Shown here one piece after another: positions 1 to 11,827 of a DNA stretch of 64,000 nucleotides. Below the pieces are notes generated by a model. That model did not search any database and was not told the origin of the DNA. It was given only the letters and a program-made list of their open reading frames with translations. Location: contig DAIDGT010000003.1 in NCBI GenBank assembly GCA_027459825.1, positions 1,277 through 65,276 of the forward strand, read 5' to 3'. The stretch is from a bacterium (GTDB lineage: Bacteria; Patescibacteriota; Dojkabacteria; JAKAPS01; JAJZLI01). Both the position numbers and the translations under genes were made by a program. The stretch's first letter is position 1. Every line of letters starts with the position of its first letter.

Positions 1-1738
<1,738 letters not shown>

Positions 1739-1744
1739 ATTTTT

Positions 1745-2002
1745 ATGAATAAAAATTTTCATTTAAGAATTCTATCTTTAAAGGAACTTGTATTTGAAGG
1801 AGATGTATTATCATTTTCTGGGACAAATTCTGTTGGGGATTTTGACATATTGAAAGACCACATAAACTTCATATCACTTTTATCTCCAGGAAGTACGATT
1901 CAATATGTTGAGTCTTCTGGGAAAAAATCTGTAGATGTTTCTATATCAACAGGTGTATTAATATTTAGTAAAAATGTGGCTAAAGTTTTTATAGATTTTT
2001 AA
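1745..2002 (+). CDS. atpC: F1 ATP synthase epsilon subunit, short form (beta-sandwich domain only)
   Basis: Lies immediately after atpD. N-terminus HLRILSLKELVFEGDVLSFSGTNSVGDFDILKDHINFISLL matches the epsilon N-terminal domain pattern. At 85 aa it has no room for the C-terminal helical hairpin. Confidence 0.65.
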   Translation: MNKNFHLRILSLKELVFEGDVLSFSGTNSVGDFDILKDHINFISLLSPGSTIQYVESSGKKSVDVSISTGVLIFSKNVAKVFIDF

Positions 2003-2754
2003 AAATATACTATTATTATATAACTGATAATTATAGCAAGTATAATAAGTAGTGCTGAAAACCCTGTCTGTTTTAAAAACTTTTTTAAAATTTTATCTTT
2101 AGATAATGGTGTTCTTCCGGTAAGCTCTATTGCATTTATAGATGATCTTACAAAACTAATTCCTGCAAATACAAATGTTCCTAGAGTTATTAGGGTTATA
2201 ATAATAAATTGAACAACAGTTATAGGCCTTCCTATTAATGGAGCTCCTATTGAATATAGTATTCCGTCTAAACTGGCGGTTCCTGCATTATTTGCTTGAT
2301 AGTGTATGTTTATTGCAACAATGATTTTTCCTACATAAAAACCATCTTCTTTTATTGCTCCCTTGGAATTTCCTGAGAAAGATGATAATGCTTCTCCTAT
2401 GGATATATTTTGTGTATTGTCCAATCTTCCTACCCCAGGGATTTGTGAGGGAGAAATTTCGTCTCCTTTTGAAATATTTCCATTTTGGTTAGAGACATAA
2501 ACTTCATGTATGCCTGTATTGGAAACAGTTATGCCTCCATTTGTATCTGTGACGACTCCAAGTGTATTATAGCTATTTGAAATATCTGTTTTGGAAATAC
2601 TATCATTTATTGAGGTAGAAACTATATCTCCAACAATAATACCTGATTTATTATTAGAGTATGTAATCGATAACGCAAATGCATGAATTGTTTGAATGGT
2701 TATTATATATATAATAGGGATTGCTATCAGTATTACAATGATAAATTTCCTCAT
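1999..2754 (-). CDS. hypothetical secreted/membrane protein (N-terminal signal-like helix, two C-terminal TM helices)
   Basis: 251-aa ORF. Hydrophobic N-terminus MRKFIIVILIAIPIIYIITIQTIHA and C-terminal hydrophobic segments. No family recognised. Confidence 0.4.
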   Translation of the reverse strand: MRKFIIVILIAIPIIYIITIQTIHAFALSITYSNNKSGIIVGDIVSTSINDSISKTDISNSYNTLGVVTDTNGGITVSNTGIHEVYVSNQNGNISKGDEISPSQIPGVGRLDNTQNISIGEALSSFSGNSKGAIKEDGFYVGKIIVAINIHYQANNAGTASLDGILYSIGAPLIGRPITVVQFIIITLITLGTFVFAGISFVRSSINAIELTGRTPLSKDKILKKFLKQTGFSALLIILAIIISYIIIVYF

Positions 2755-2866
2755 ACTTAAAATATTATATTTTATATCAGTATATTACAATCCTTGTAAG
2801 ATAGTAGGGGATGTAGTACATTGTAATATGTCATATCTTTATTAATCAGTGATGTTATTGTAGCTT

Positions 2867-4087
2867 ATGTCTATTTTTTCTAAAAAGACAAATGTGGATG
2901 ACCAGTATTTCTTATCATTGGATATAGGTACTGAGTTTGTTAAAGTTCTAGTATGTCATATCGTTGATGATGTTGTTGAAATTTTGGGTTTTGGTAAGAC
3001 AAGACAATCTATGACTGCTATGAAGGGAGGTGTTGTTACTAATATCAAGAGTGTTGTCGATTGCTGTTTTAAATCAATAGAAATGGCAATGAATAAGTTG
3101 GATATAGATACGCCACAAAAAGTAGTTGTTGGAATTGCTGGGGAACTTGTAAAAGGTGTTAGTGTTAAATTAAATTATGAAAGGGATGATGCTAATACAA
3201 AAATTGATTCTAATGAGATAAAAAAAATATTAGAAAAGGTAAGTGTTAGCGCAGATGCTGAAGCAAAAAAGAGGTTTGCAGAGGCTACTGGTACAACAAG
3301 TACGCAAATAAAGTTAATTAATGCAACAATTACCGATACATATATAGATGATTACAGAGTATTAAATCCTGTTGGGCTTAAGGGAAGCAAGGTTACTTTT
3401 AATATATATTTTGTATATGCTCCACTAGTTTTTGCTGGTGCGGTAGAGGATATTCTAAAAGAATTGAATTTAGACCCTATCGTTATTGCAGTTCAACCAT
3501 TTGCTATTGCGAGGTCTATTAAGGGGTCCAAAAATGAAAATTTTGACGGGATAATTATTGATGTTGGTGGAGGAACTACTGATGTTGCTTTGGTTTTACA
3601 TGGAACATTTCAGGATACTAAGATGTTTGCAATGGGGGGTAGAATTTTTACTAAGAGGGTGGCTGCAGATATGTCCCTCTCTTATGAGGAGGCTGAAAAA
3701 ACTAAAATTGATTATGCCGAAATGAAGCTTGAAAAAGGTACTGCATTACAGGTTAGGGATTCTATAAAGAAGGATTTAGATTTATGGATCTCTGGTGTAG
3801 AAATTGCATTGGAGGAAATGGATAATGTTAAAGTTTTCCCAGATCAAATTCTTATTTGTGGAGGTGGTTCTAAATTATCAGAAATAAGATCAAAGCTTGT
3901 TGAATATCCGTGGTCAGTTATACTTCCATTTAATAGAAATCCTAAAATAAATTTTTTATCTCCTGAAAAGATTGATAGTATAGTAGATAAAACTTTGCAG
4001 TTGACCAATCCTGAAGATGTTACTCCTGTTTCTCTTGCTAGGATTGTTCTTGATATAGTTAAAGATGATATAGTTATTGCTGTATGA
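2867..4087 (+). CDS. ftsA: actin-like ATPase of the FtsA/PilM family (probable cell division protein FtsA)
   Basis: Phosphate-1 motif LSLDIGTEFVKVLV, phosphate-2/adenosine motifs IIIDVGGGTTDVAL and ILICGGGSKL. The segment MGGRIFTKRVAADMSLSYEEAEKTK parallels FtsA vgG..it.Dia..l....AE.iK. Confidence 0.6.
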   Translation: MSIFSKKTNVDDQYFLSLDIGTEFVKVLVCHIVDDVVEILGFGKTRQSMTAMKGGVVTNIKSVVDCCFKSIEMAMNKLDIDTPQKVVVGIAGELVKGVSVKLNYERDDANTKIDSNEIKKILEKVSVSADAEAKKRFAEATGTTSTQIKLINATITDTYIDDYRVLNPVGLKGSKVTFNIYFVYAPLVFAGAVEDILKELNLDPIVIAVQPFAIARSIKGSKNENFDGIIIDVGGGTTDVALVLHGTFQDTKMFAMGGRIFTKRVAADMSLSYEEAEKTKIDYAEMKLEKGTALQVRDSIKKDLDLWISGVEIALEEMDNVKVFPDQILICGGGSKLSEIRSKLVEYPWSVILPFNRNPKINFLSPEKIDSIVDKTLQLTNPEDVTPVSLARIVLDIVKDDIVIAV

Positions 4088-6075
4088 AAGATACTAAAGT
4101 TTTCGTTGACTTAGATGACGAGATAACATTTGTTTCTGATAAGGTACTAAAAGCTCCAACCAACAGGGTTATACTGGTTATTCCTGAAAAATCTTCAGTC
4201 ATTGCTTCTCTTGTTGGTTTAAAAATGCTTAGGCGTATCTTTGATAAAAATAATAAAGATGTTGTTTTGGTAACTACTGATGAGATCGGTAAGAGAGTTG
4301 CTTTAAATGCTGGATTTGTATCTACACAAAGGATAGGAGATGTTAATGACGATTTATGGAGAGAGTCTATTGCTTTGAAAAAACGCTTTGCTGAAGCTTC
4401 AAAATTATCAAATAAAATTCCATTTTCTGAAGATATATATGCTGTAGTTGATAATAAACCTGATTCCAATAATAGTATCTCTTCAGATAATGTGGATCTA
4501 AATACTAATAATAACAGTAGTAATGATATTAACGATTCTTTTGTTACAACTGATACTTCTTTACCTGATAATAATGTATATAAATCCGAATCTGTAAAAC
4601 GTATATCTTTTGAATCAACTGATGTTGATGATGATACCCTAAAAGAAGAAGTAGTTAAAAATCAAAAAATTGAAGATAATATAGATAACCTTTCAAAAAA
4701 AGTGTCTTTGGATGGGTTTGATCTTCTTGTAGGTGGGGATATTGCGTCTTCTGATGATACAGTACATACTAATGAGTCTAATTCTAATAAATATTCTGAA
4801 AATAGGGAGTGGGATTATGCTAAACAGGATCATGCTAATTCAAAATTTGATGATAATAATAGTTCATACTCACCTCCTCATGTAAATGGAGTATCTTTTG
4901 TAAATTCTATATTAGGCAGAATTCCCAAAATGAAGAATGCAAAGACCAATAGGATATTTATCATATTAGGTGTTTTTATACTACTTTGTCTTTTCATTAT
5001 ATATTATTTATTTTTAACATCTGCTGATGTTGCTATTCAAGTAAAAGGTGAGCCAATATCTTCTACTGCTACTATTTTAATCAGCCCTAATATTTCTTCT
5101 ATTAATACTTCAAAATTAGAAATTCCTGCAAAGGTTTTTGTAGTATCAGAATCAGGTTCAGATAGCGCTCCTACCACAGGTAGTAAAACTGTAACTACGG
5201 GTAGTTTTGCATCTGGAAGTATTACTTTAACTAATTCAACCTCCAATTCTATTACTCTTTCTTCAGGAACTGTATTTACTGGGTCTAGTAACTATACATG
5301 TACTAATTCTTCTTCTGTTACTGTACCTGCTGCTACAGAGAATAAAAGTGGAGGGGTAGTTACTGGAGTTACTTATGGTACAGTGTCATTTACTTGTACT
5401 GCCAGTGTGAATACTGCAGACGTTGCAGGTGATACATTTTCTGTACAGGGTTATAGTAGTAGTGAGCTGACAGGAACCAATCCTAATGCCTTTACAGCAG
5501 GTAATGAATCCTCTCAGACAGAGCAAGTAGTTTCTTCTTCTGATCAGCAAAATTTAGAACAAAGTTTATCTTCTCAGTTATATCAAAGAGGACAGACAGA
5601 TTTACAGTCTAAAGTTGGCAATTACTCATTAATTTCTCAAAGTGTTCAAAATATAACGGTTAATGCAACGTTTGATAATCAGGTTGGTACTCAGGCTCAA
5701 GTATTGAATTTGTCAGAACAGACTAAAACTCAGGGGGAAGCTTATAACCAAAATGATTTTACCTCTGTTATTAAATCAAACCTTGAAGGTAATTCTAATC
5801 TTGTTAGAAATATGACTGTGTCTATTAAGAAAATTGAAGTTATCTCTGGGCAGGTTGAAGCATTAGTATCATATCAGGCTGTTTTGTACAAAAATACGAA
5901 TAAAACAAATATAGCTAATGCAATAAAAGGAAAGAGTTTTAGCGCTGCTAAATCATATATATATGGTATTAATAACGTAAAGAGTGTTACTATAACAGAC
6001 CATCCTCGTATATTCTCTTTGATTGGATACCTTCCTTCCAGTCTTTCTAAGATAAACGTATCGATTTCAGATTAG
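4084..6075 (+). CDS. hypothetical bitopic membrane protein: ~120-aa N-terminal domain, N/S/D-rich linker, one TM, ~350-aa S/T-rich extracytoplasmic region
   Basis: ATGA start/stop overlap with the FtsA-like gene (4084..4087). Single TM IFIILGVFILLCLFIIYYLFL at about 4954..5016. Low-complexity stretch at about 4456..4900. No family recognised. Confidence 0.5.
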   Translation: MKDTKVFVDLDDEITFVSDKVLKAPTNRVILVIPEKSSVIASLVGLKMLRRIFDKNNKDVVLVTTDEIGKRVALNAGFVSTQRIGDVNDDLWRESIALKKRFAEASKLSNKIPFSEDIYAVVDNKPDSNNSISSDNVDLNTNNNSSNDINDSFVTTDTSLPDNNVYKSESVKRISFESTDVDDDTLKEEVVKNQKIEDNIDNLSKKVSLDGFDLLVGGDIASSDDTVHTNESNSNKYSENREWDYAKQDHANSKFDDNNSSYSPPHVNGVSFVNSILGRIPKMKNAKTNRIFIILGVFILLCLFIIYYLFLTSADVAIQVKGEPISSTATILISPNISSINTSKLEIPAKVFVVSESGSDSAPTTGSKTVTTGSFASGSITLTNSTSNSITLSSGTVFTGSSNYTCTNSSSVTVPAATENKSGGVVTGVTYGTVSFTCTASVNTADVAGDTFSVQGYSSSELTGTNPNAFTAGNESSQTEQVVSSSDQQNLEQSLSSQLYQRGQTDLQSKVGNYSLISQSVQNITVNATFDNQVGTQAQVLNLSEQTKTQGEAYNQNDFTSVIKSNLEGNSNLVRNMTVSIKKIEVISGQVEALVSYQAVLYKNTNKTNIANAIKGKSFSAAKSYIYGINNVKSVTITDHPRIFSLIGYLPSSLSKINVSISD

Positions 6076-6788
6076 TCTGCGTTTATTGTAATGGAATTTA
6101 TTTTTATATCCTGTAAAGGTTTATCGTTATTTTTTGTGTCTACAGATGTATTTTGTATTTCAGATAGAACATTGTATCCTGAAGTTACTTTGCCAAACAC
6201 TGTATACATTCCATTAAGTTGAGACTCTTTTGCCATTGCAATGAAGAATTGACTTCCATTTGTGTTTGGACCAGAATTTGCCATTGCAATAGAATATTGA
6301 GATACAGGGTATGATTTTATATTATAATCGTAGTTATATCCCTCTTTTGTATACGCATTTACAAGTTGAGATGGTATTCCTAAGCTTTTAGGGTTGATTT
6401 GATCTTGAAATTTATATCCTGGTCCTCCCGTTAAACTACCATTTGGTGATCCTGCTTGTACAACAAATCCTTTCACAACTCTGTCAACTATTGTATTGTT
6501 ATAGAACCCACTTTTTGCAAGGAAATAGAAATTATTTACTGCTAGTGGAGCAGATTTTGGGTATAGTGTGAAGTTTATGTCTCCAAGTGATGTGGAAATT
6601 GTACCTGTGTAACTTTTATTTGTATTAATACACATCCTTGGATATGATGAATATTTTTTTATATTTGGTTGAAAAGGTATGTAGCACAAGCTTGGTTTTA
6701 TTTGAATTGTATATATAATACCAGATAGTGTGAGTATTACTAATACTGCATAAATTATTATTACTGTATTTGAAACATTTTTCTTCAT
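6072..6788 (-). CDS. cyclophilin-type peptidyl-prolyl cis-trans isomerase, membrane-anchored
   Basis: Motifs FYNNTIVDRVVKGFVVQAGSP and ANSGPNTNGSQFFIAM...LNGMYTVFGKV are classic cyclophilin. An N-terminal TM helix precedes the domain. Confidence 0.85.
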   Translation of the reverse strand: MKKNVSNTVIIIYAVLVILTLSGIIYTIQIKPSLCYIPFQPNIKKYSSYPRMCINTNKSYTGTISTSLGDINFTLYPKSAPLAVNNFYFLAKSGFYNNTIVDRVVKGFVVQAGSPNGSLTGGPGYKFQDQINPKSLGIPSQLVNAYTKEGYNYDYNIKSYPVSQYSIAMANSGPNTNGSQFFIAMAKESQLNGMYTVFGKVTSGYNVLSEIQNTSVDTKNNDKPLQDIKINSITINAD

Positions 6789-6877
6789 ACTTGTATGTGA
6801 TTTATATCATTATTTTGGAATTTACTCAATGTCTGTTTGTTATATTTGTTTTATTGATGTTATAATCACCTCACATT

Positions 6878-7303
6878 ATGGATTCCGAAATATTAAGACC
6901 GTATGTAGATACTGGAGATTTACATCCTTTAGGGGAAACAGTGAAATCTTTATATGAAACTGTTTTCAGTATATTTTCTAATTCTAAAAATAATGCGATT
7001 ATTTTAGATCACGGTCGAGGTTTTAGAATACTATTTAGGAATAACTCAAATGTAGTGTTGATATCAATGGTCTCTCAAATTGGTGGTCGAGAAAGCACAT
7101 TATATATTGATTTTCGTGAAGATGGAATGTCAAATTTTTTTATACTCTCTCCTGATGGGAAATGTAAAATGTATTATTTTGATTCTGATGAAGATTATAA
7201 AAGCGGTGTTAGCAAACAGGACATGTTAGGTATTAGTTCTTCTGTAAGTAATGAAGACCTATTATCTCTTATGGGTAAGTTAACATCAATTTTTCCTGAA
7301 TAA
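6878..7303 (+). CDS. hypothetical protein
   Basis: 141-aa ORF in an otherwise empty interval; soluble-looking composition; no family recognised. Confidence 0.35.
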   Translation: MDSEILRPYVDTGDLHPLGETVKSLYETVFSIFSNSKNNAIILDHGRGFRILFRNNSNVVLISMVSQIGGRESTLYIDFREDGMSNFFILSPDGKCKMYYFDSDEDYKSGVSKQDMLGISSSVSNEDLLSLMGKLTSIFPE

Positions 7304-7380
7304 ATAATAATTGCGAATTATTTATTAAATATTGTTATTTCCTATCTTTTGGTATATAAATTAAGGTAGTACAATGTTTT

Positions 7381-9558
7381 ATGGGCAGAAAACGTCTCTC
7401 TAGGTTTACAAAATTTAAAAGGAAAGCAGGATTAGCTTTTAAGGGGAAGGATACATATACTGTTATTGGTATAGTTCTCCTTGTAATCTCTCTTTTGAGT
7501 TTTATCGGTATTTTTGTGCATATCAAGGGTATTAGCTTTTTATATATAATATTTGGATGGGGTTTGCCTATATTTGCAGTTTTTTCCTTTTTACTCTCTT
7601 TGCGTTTTTTAGGTACAAAAAATAGGTTTAACACATTTTCCACTCTTTTTGGTATGACCATTTTCACAATATCCATACTTGGTTTTATTAATGCTGTTTC
7701 TAATCCATCCATAAGTTTATATTTATCAGAGCATGGAAAATTGGGAGGTGCTGTTGGTTACCTAACATTTCATCTTTTAGATAAATATTTGGCAAAAGCC
7801 GGAACTATTATAATTTTGATACCTGTTATTGTTATTTCTTTTCTTATGTCGTTATCTTTTTCTTTTGCAGAATCTTTGAGATCTATAAAATGGGCATTAA
7901 ATACGATCTTTGTATTTATAGGAAGCTTCTTCGAAAAGGATGATGCAATGATTCGTAATAATGTTGGGGATGGAAAAATTAAAAATTTAGAATTTGAAGT
8001 TACTGGGGTAGATGATAAAGAAGATGTTTCTCCTCAGATGATTGGAGGAGATTTAATACTGCAAAAGAAACCTGATGTAAAACAGGCTATTCCTGCTGCA
8101 GAATCGGAAGCAATGAAACCTCATTTTGATAATTGGCAACTTCCACCTATTGAATTTCTTAATGAGATAAAAAGAGTTAATAATATTAATCCCTCAGATA
8201 TAAAGAAAAATTCAGAAATTATAGAAAGAACACTTGCGAGTTTTGGAATTACATCAAAAGTTGTTGATGTATCTTCTGGTCCTGTAGTAACAAGATATGC
8301 ACTACAGATTACAATGGGAACTAAGGTTTCTAAAATTAATAATCTGGATAGAGATATTGCACTTGCTCTTGCTGCTCCATCTGGATCTGTTCGAATTGAG
8401 GCACCAATTCCAGGTACATCCCTTGTAGGTATTGAAATGCCTAATACTAGATCTCAAGCCGTTGCATTAAAAAATATTATAGATACTCCAGAATTTCAAA
8501 ATATGTCTTTAACTTTACCAATTGCGATGGGAGAAGATGTATCCGGAAAAATTATAATTAGAGATCTTGCATCAATGCCTCATTTGCTTATTGCAGGATC
8601 TACTGGATCTGGTAAGAGTATGCTTATAAACTCTGTCATTATGGGTCTTTTATATAGGCACTCTCCTGATACTTTAAAGTTTATTCTTGTTGATCCTAAG
8701 CATGTAGAACTTTCCGTTTATAATGGAATTCCTCATCTACTTACTCCCGTTATAACAGATATGGAAAATGTAAATAATGCTCTCAAATGGGCGGTAAAGG
8801 AAATGGATACTAGATATCAGTTATTAAAGGAGGATGGAGCTCGTAACATTGCTGGATATAATGCAAATAAAGAAAGAGAAGGGAAATTAAGTAACATTGT
8901 TGTCATTATTGATGAAATGGCAGACTTGATGCTTACAAAGGGAATTGAGGTAGAAAATTCAATTGTAAGGCTTGCCCAAATGGCAAGGGCAGTAGGAATT
9001 CATCTTGTTCTTGCAACCCAAAGACCTTCAGTAAATGTTATTACTGGTATTATTAAAGCAAATATTCCTGCTAGAATTGCTCTTTCTGTGGCTTCAGTAA
9101 TTGACTCCCGTGTTATTCTAGATCAACTTGGCGCAGAAACTCTTTTAGGTAGAGGAGATATGTTGTTTAAGAGTCCCGATATGGGAAAAACTATTAGAGT
9201 CCAGGGAGCACTTGTTACTGAAGAGGAAATCTCTCGCGTTATCAAATTTATATCTGAGCAGGGAACTGCTGAATATAATGAATCTGTCCTAACTCCTCAG
9301 AGAGATAGTAATTCTTTTGTATCGGAAAATGGAGCTGTATTATCTGAAGATAATCTTTTTCCTGATGCTGTAAGAATTGTTGTTGCGGCAAAGAGGGGGT
9401 CTGCTTCAATTTTGCAGTCAAAATTAAAAATAGGTTATGCAAGAGCTGCAAGGCTTATATTAGAACTTGAAGAGAAGGGTGTTGTAGGTCCTCAAGATGG
9501 TTCTAAGCCTCGGGATGTGCTTATTCAGGATGCTGAAAGTTTTCTCTCTAATACATAG
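7381..9558 (+). CDS. ftsK: DNA translocase FtsK/SpoIIIE
   Basis: Four or more N-terminal TM helices. Motor domain has Walker A AGSTGSGKS and Walker B VVIIDEMADL, plus ATQRPSV. The C-terminal winged-helix gamma domain reads ASILQSKLKIGYARAARLILELEEKGVVGP. Confidence 0.92.
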   Translation: MGRKRLSRFTKFKRKAGLAFKGKDTYTVIGIVLLVISLLSFIGIFVHIKGISFLYIIFGWGLPIFAVFSFLLSLRFLGTKNRFNTFSTLFGMTIFTISILGFINAVSNPSISLYLSEHGKLGGAVGYLTFHLLDKYLAKAGTIIILIPVIVISFLMSLSFSFAESLRSIKWALNTIFVFIGSFFEKDDAMIRNNVGDGKIKNLEFEVTGVDDKEDVSPQMIGGDLILQKKPDVKQAIPAAESEAMKPHFDNWQLPPIEFLNEIKRVNNINPSDIKKNSEIIERTLASFGITSKVVDVSSGPVVTRYALQITMGTKVSKINNLDRDIALALAAPSGSVRIEAPIPGTSLVGIEMPNTRSQAVALKNIIDTPEFQNMSLTLPIAMGEDVSGKIIIRDLASMPHLLIAGSTGSGKSMLINSVIMGLLYRHSPDTLKFILVDPKHVELSVYNGIPHLLTPVITDMENVNNALKWAVKEMDTRYQLLKEDGARNIAGYNANKEREGKLSNIVVIIDEMADLMLTKGIEVENSIVRLAQMARAVGIHLVLATQRPSVNVITGIIKANIPARIALSVASVIDSRVILDQLGAETLLGRGDMLFKSPDMGKTIRVQGALVTEEEISRVIKFISEQGTAEYNESVLTPQRDSNSFVSENGAVLSEDNLFPDAVRIVVAAKRGSASILQSKLKIGYARAARLILELEEKGVVGPQDGSKPRDVLIQDAESFLSNT

Positions 9559-9602
9559 TAGTATTGTGCAAATCTTTATTTCATGATATATACTGTCAAA
9601 AT

Positions 9603-9782
9603 ATGGAAAATGAAAGAAGTTTAGATTCACAAGGGGGTAATGTTGTTGATATGTTAGAGTTTAAAACTGAACGAAATGAAAGAGAGAATTTAGCTGGATA
9701 TATCAATGATCTTGATTATAGGGATTTTTTCTCTGGAATTGGTATAGATACTAGTAATTTGTCAGATGAACAAGTTTTGTAA
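9603..9782 (+). CDS. small acidic hypothetical protein
   Basis: 59 codons from ATG 9603 (the track starts earlier, at 9564). No family recognised; the coding call is weak. Confidence 0.2.
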   Translation: MENERSLDSQGGNVVDMLEFKTERNERENLAGYINDLDYRDFFSGIGIDTSNLSDEQVL

Positions 9783-9834
9783 TTATTTGGAGAATGATGC
9801 GCCAAAATATGATATCGTTATTATCTATATAAAA

Positions 9835-10137
9835 TTACTTCTTTTTTGGTGATCTATTGAATATTGTTGCTATGGATTTTGCTAAATTGACGATATCCAC
9901 TGTTTGAGTCATTACCTTGCGTGCTTTTGATGATACAGACTTTGTGTCTTTTATAATTTCATTCACACCTTCTGTTCCTTTTCTTACACTATCTGTTATT
10001 CTGGATACATTGGATAACACTTTCCTACCTTCTTTTAAATCTTCATCAAGGTCACGAAGAGATATAATGAGTTGTAGTAAAAATATTACTGTGAGGATTG
10101 CTATGATTACGAAGATAACATCAAAGAATACATTCAT
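9835..10137 (-). CDS. small membrane-anchored coiled-coil protein (DUF948-like)
   Basis: N-terminal TM VIFVIIAILTVIFLLQLII followed by a charged helical region, an architecture like DUF948. Preferred over the overlapping plus-strand ORF 9917..10147. Confidence 0.45.
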   Translation of the reverse strand: MNVFFDVIFVIIAILTVIFLLQLIISLRDLDEDLKEGRKVLSNVSRITDSVRKGTEGVNEIIKDTKSVSSKARKVMTQTVDIVNLAKSIATIFNRSPKKK

Positions 10138-10160
10138 ATATTTTTAGTCTAACATATTTA

Positions 10161-11087
10161 TTAACTTTTAGATATTGTTATTCCTCCATTCTTATACTTT
10201 ACAAGTATAAGACCCAGACCATTCCCATTCATTATATATGATTTTGAATGATAATATATTTCTATGTTTTGAATTTCTCCTGTGTTTATAATAATTGAAC
10301 TTACCCCTGTTACTTTTATGCTGGAGTTTGCATTTATGATTCCTTTATATAGTGTGTTATTTTGACTTTGCGCTTCCACAAATGTTGGTGAGTATATTGC
10401 CTTTATTGTAATTGAAAATGTATCTTCTTGTTTTTGAAGCACTGCTTGTTTATTTAAATAATCTACATCAACTATTCTTTGATTTACAATCCCTAATTGA
10501 TTTTTTGCTATTATTACTATTTTGTTCATACCATATTGAAGTCCTACATTTACAGAAAAATCCCCGTTAGTATCTAGGTTGGAGATTCCAGCTCCATTTA
10601 TTGTTATATTATTACCTATTTGTGTTTTCCCCTTTATTGTTATACTTGAGTTATATGTTGAAATACTATCTTTTGATGGGGATAGTATTGTTAATATTGG
10701 TGGCGTTTTATATATGGAATATTCATGTAGCGCATATATAATAATAACCCCAAGAATAATTATAATGGTTAGTATTGTGAAAAATGTTTTGCTGTGTAGT
10801 ATAAATGGTATTCGAACCTTGTTTTTCTTATTCTTCATTTGATGTCCTTCAACAACCTTACATTCTCTTCTAAACATCGCAATTATATTCTCGGTATTGA
10901 TTCCTAAATACTTTGCATAGATTTTTATAAATCCTTTTGTGGTAGATTGTGAAGGTAATTTATCATACTCTCCCTTCTCAAGAGCTATGATAAATGTTTG
11001 CTTTATTTTTAAAATTTTAGATACCTCTTCTATTGAGATATTTTTACTCTCCCTTGTCTCTTGTAATATTTCTGAAACGTTTTTCAT
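10161..11087 (-). CDS. RodZ-like helix-turn-helix membrane protein
   Basis: N-terminal HTH ISIEEVSKILKIKQTFIIALEKGEYDKLPSQSTTKGFIKIYAKYLGIN, a central TM helix and a beta-rich C-terminal domain. This is the RodZ architecture. Confidence 0.6.
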   Translation of the reverse strand: MKNVSEILQETRESKNISIEEVSKILKIKQTFIIALEKGEYDKLPSQSTTKGFIKIYAKYLGINTENIIAMFRRECKVVEGHQMKNKKNKVRIPFILHSKTFFTILTIIIILGVIIIYALHEYSIYKTPPILTILSPSKDSISTYNSSITIKGKTQIGNNITINGAGISNLDTNGDFSVNVGLQYGMNKIVIIAKNQLGIVNQRIVDVDYLNKQAVLQKQEDTFSITIKAIYSPTFVEAQSQNNTLYKGIINANSSIKVTGVSSIIINTGEIQNIEIYYHSKSYIMNGNGLGLILVKYKNGGITISKS

Positions 11088-11827
11088 AATCTAAATAATA
11101 ATTTTGCGTTATTTTCTGTTATCTCTTCTGTATTGTGTATTCCTTTTACTGTATTTATATTATCTATGACATATTTAATGTTTGCACTTTCATTTTGTTT
11201 AGTTTTAGATCCTTTAGGATTTAAAAATGGAGCATCCGTTTCTACTAAAATCTTATGAATACTTACCTCCCTGATGATATTCCTGATGTTGTCTGCGCTT
11301 TTGTATGTCGATATTCCATTAAATGATAAGTAAAATCCTATATCTATTAATTTATTTAATATGTTGATATCTCCGTCTGCGCTATGTACTACTCCAATGT
11401 TATTATTACCTTTATGATAATATGAAGAAAGTATATCATAAGTTTCCCTAAGTGCGTTTCGTGTATGAATTATTATCGGAAGTTTTTTTTCAATTGCTAT
11501 CTCTATTTGTATTCTAAATAATTTTTCTTGTACTTTTTTGTCTTGTTCCCTTGATAAATCTATCCCACACTCTCCTATTGCAATAGTCTCATCTGTAATT
11601 AAATCAAAAATTTGTTTTTTATCAATATTGTAAGATGATTCATCTGGGTGTATCCCAACTGCATATCTTAATAGTGGATCTTTATACTGATTTATAGAAT
11701 TTGAGTCTGATAAATTAGTTCCAGGAACAATGATTTGATGTACTCCATTTTGTATAGATCTGGATAATATTTGGGGGATGTCAGTATAGAATTCATTTGT
11801 TATGTGAGCATGCGTATCTATAGACAT
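11084..11827 (-). CDS. tatD: TatD-family metal-dependent hydrolase/DNase
   Basis: IDTHAHI start, GECGIDL, PIIIHTR, ETDAPFL motifs. The position downstream of metG is conserved in many bacteria. Confidence 0.85.
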   Translation of the reverse strand: MSIDTHAHITNEFYTDIPQILSRSIQNGVHQIIVPGTNLSDSNSINQYKDPLLRYAVGIHPDESSYNIDKKQIFDLITDETIAIGECGIDLSREQDKKVQEKLFRIQIEIAIEKKLPIIIHTRNALRETYDILSSYYHKGNNNIGVVHSADGDINILNKLIDIGFYLSFNGISTYKSADNIRNIIREVSIHKILVETDAPFLNPKGSKTKQNESANIKYVIDNINTVKGIHNTEEITENNAKLLFRL

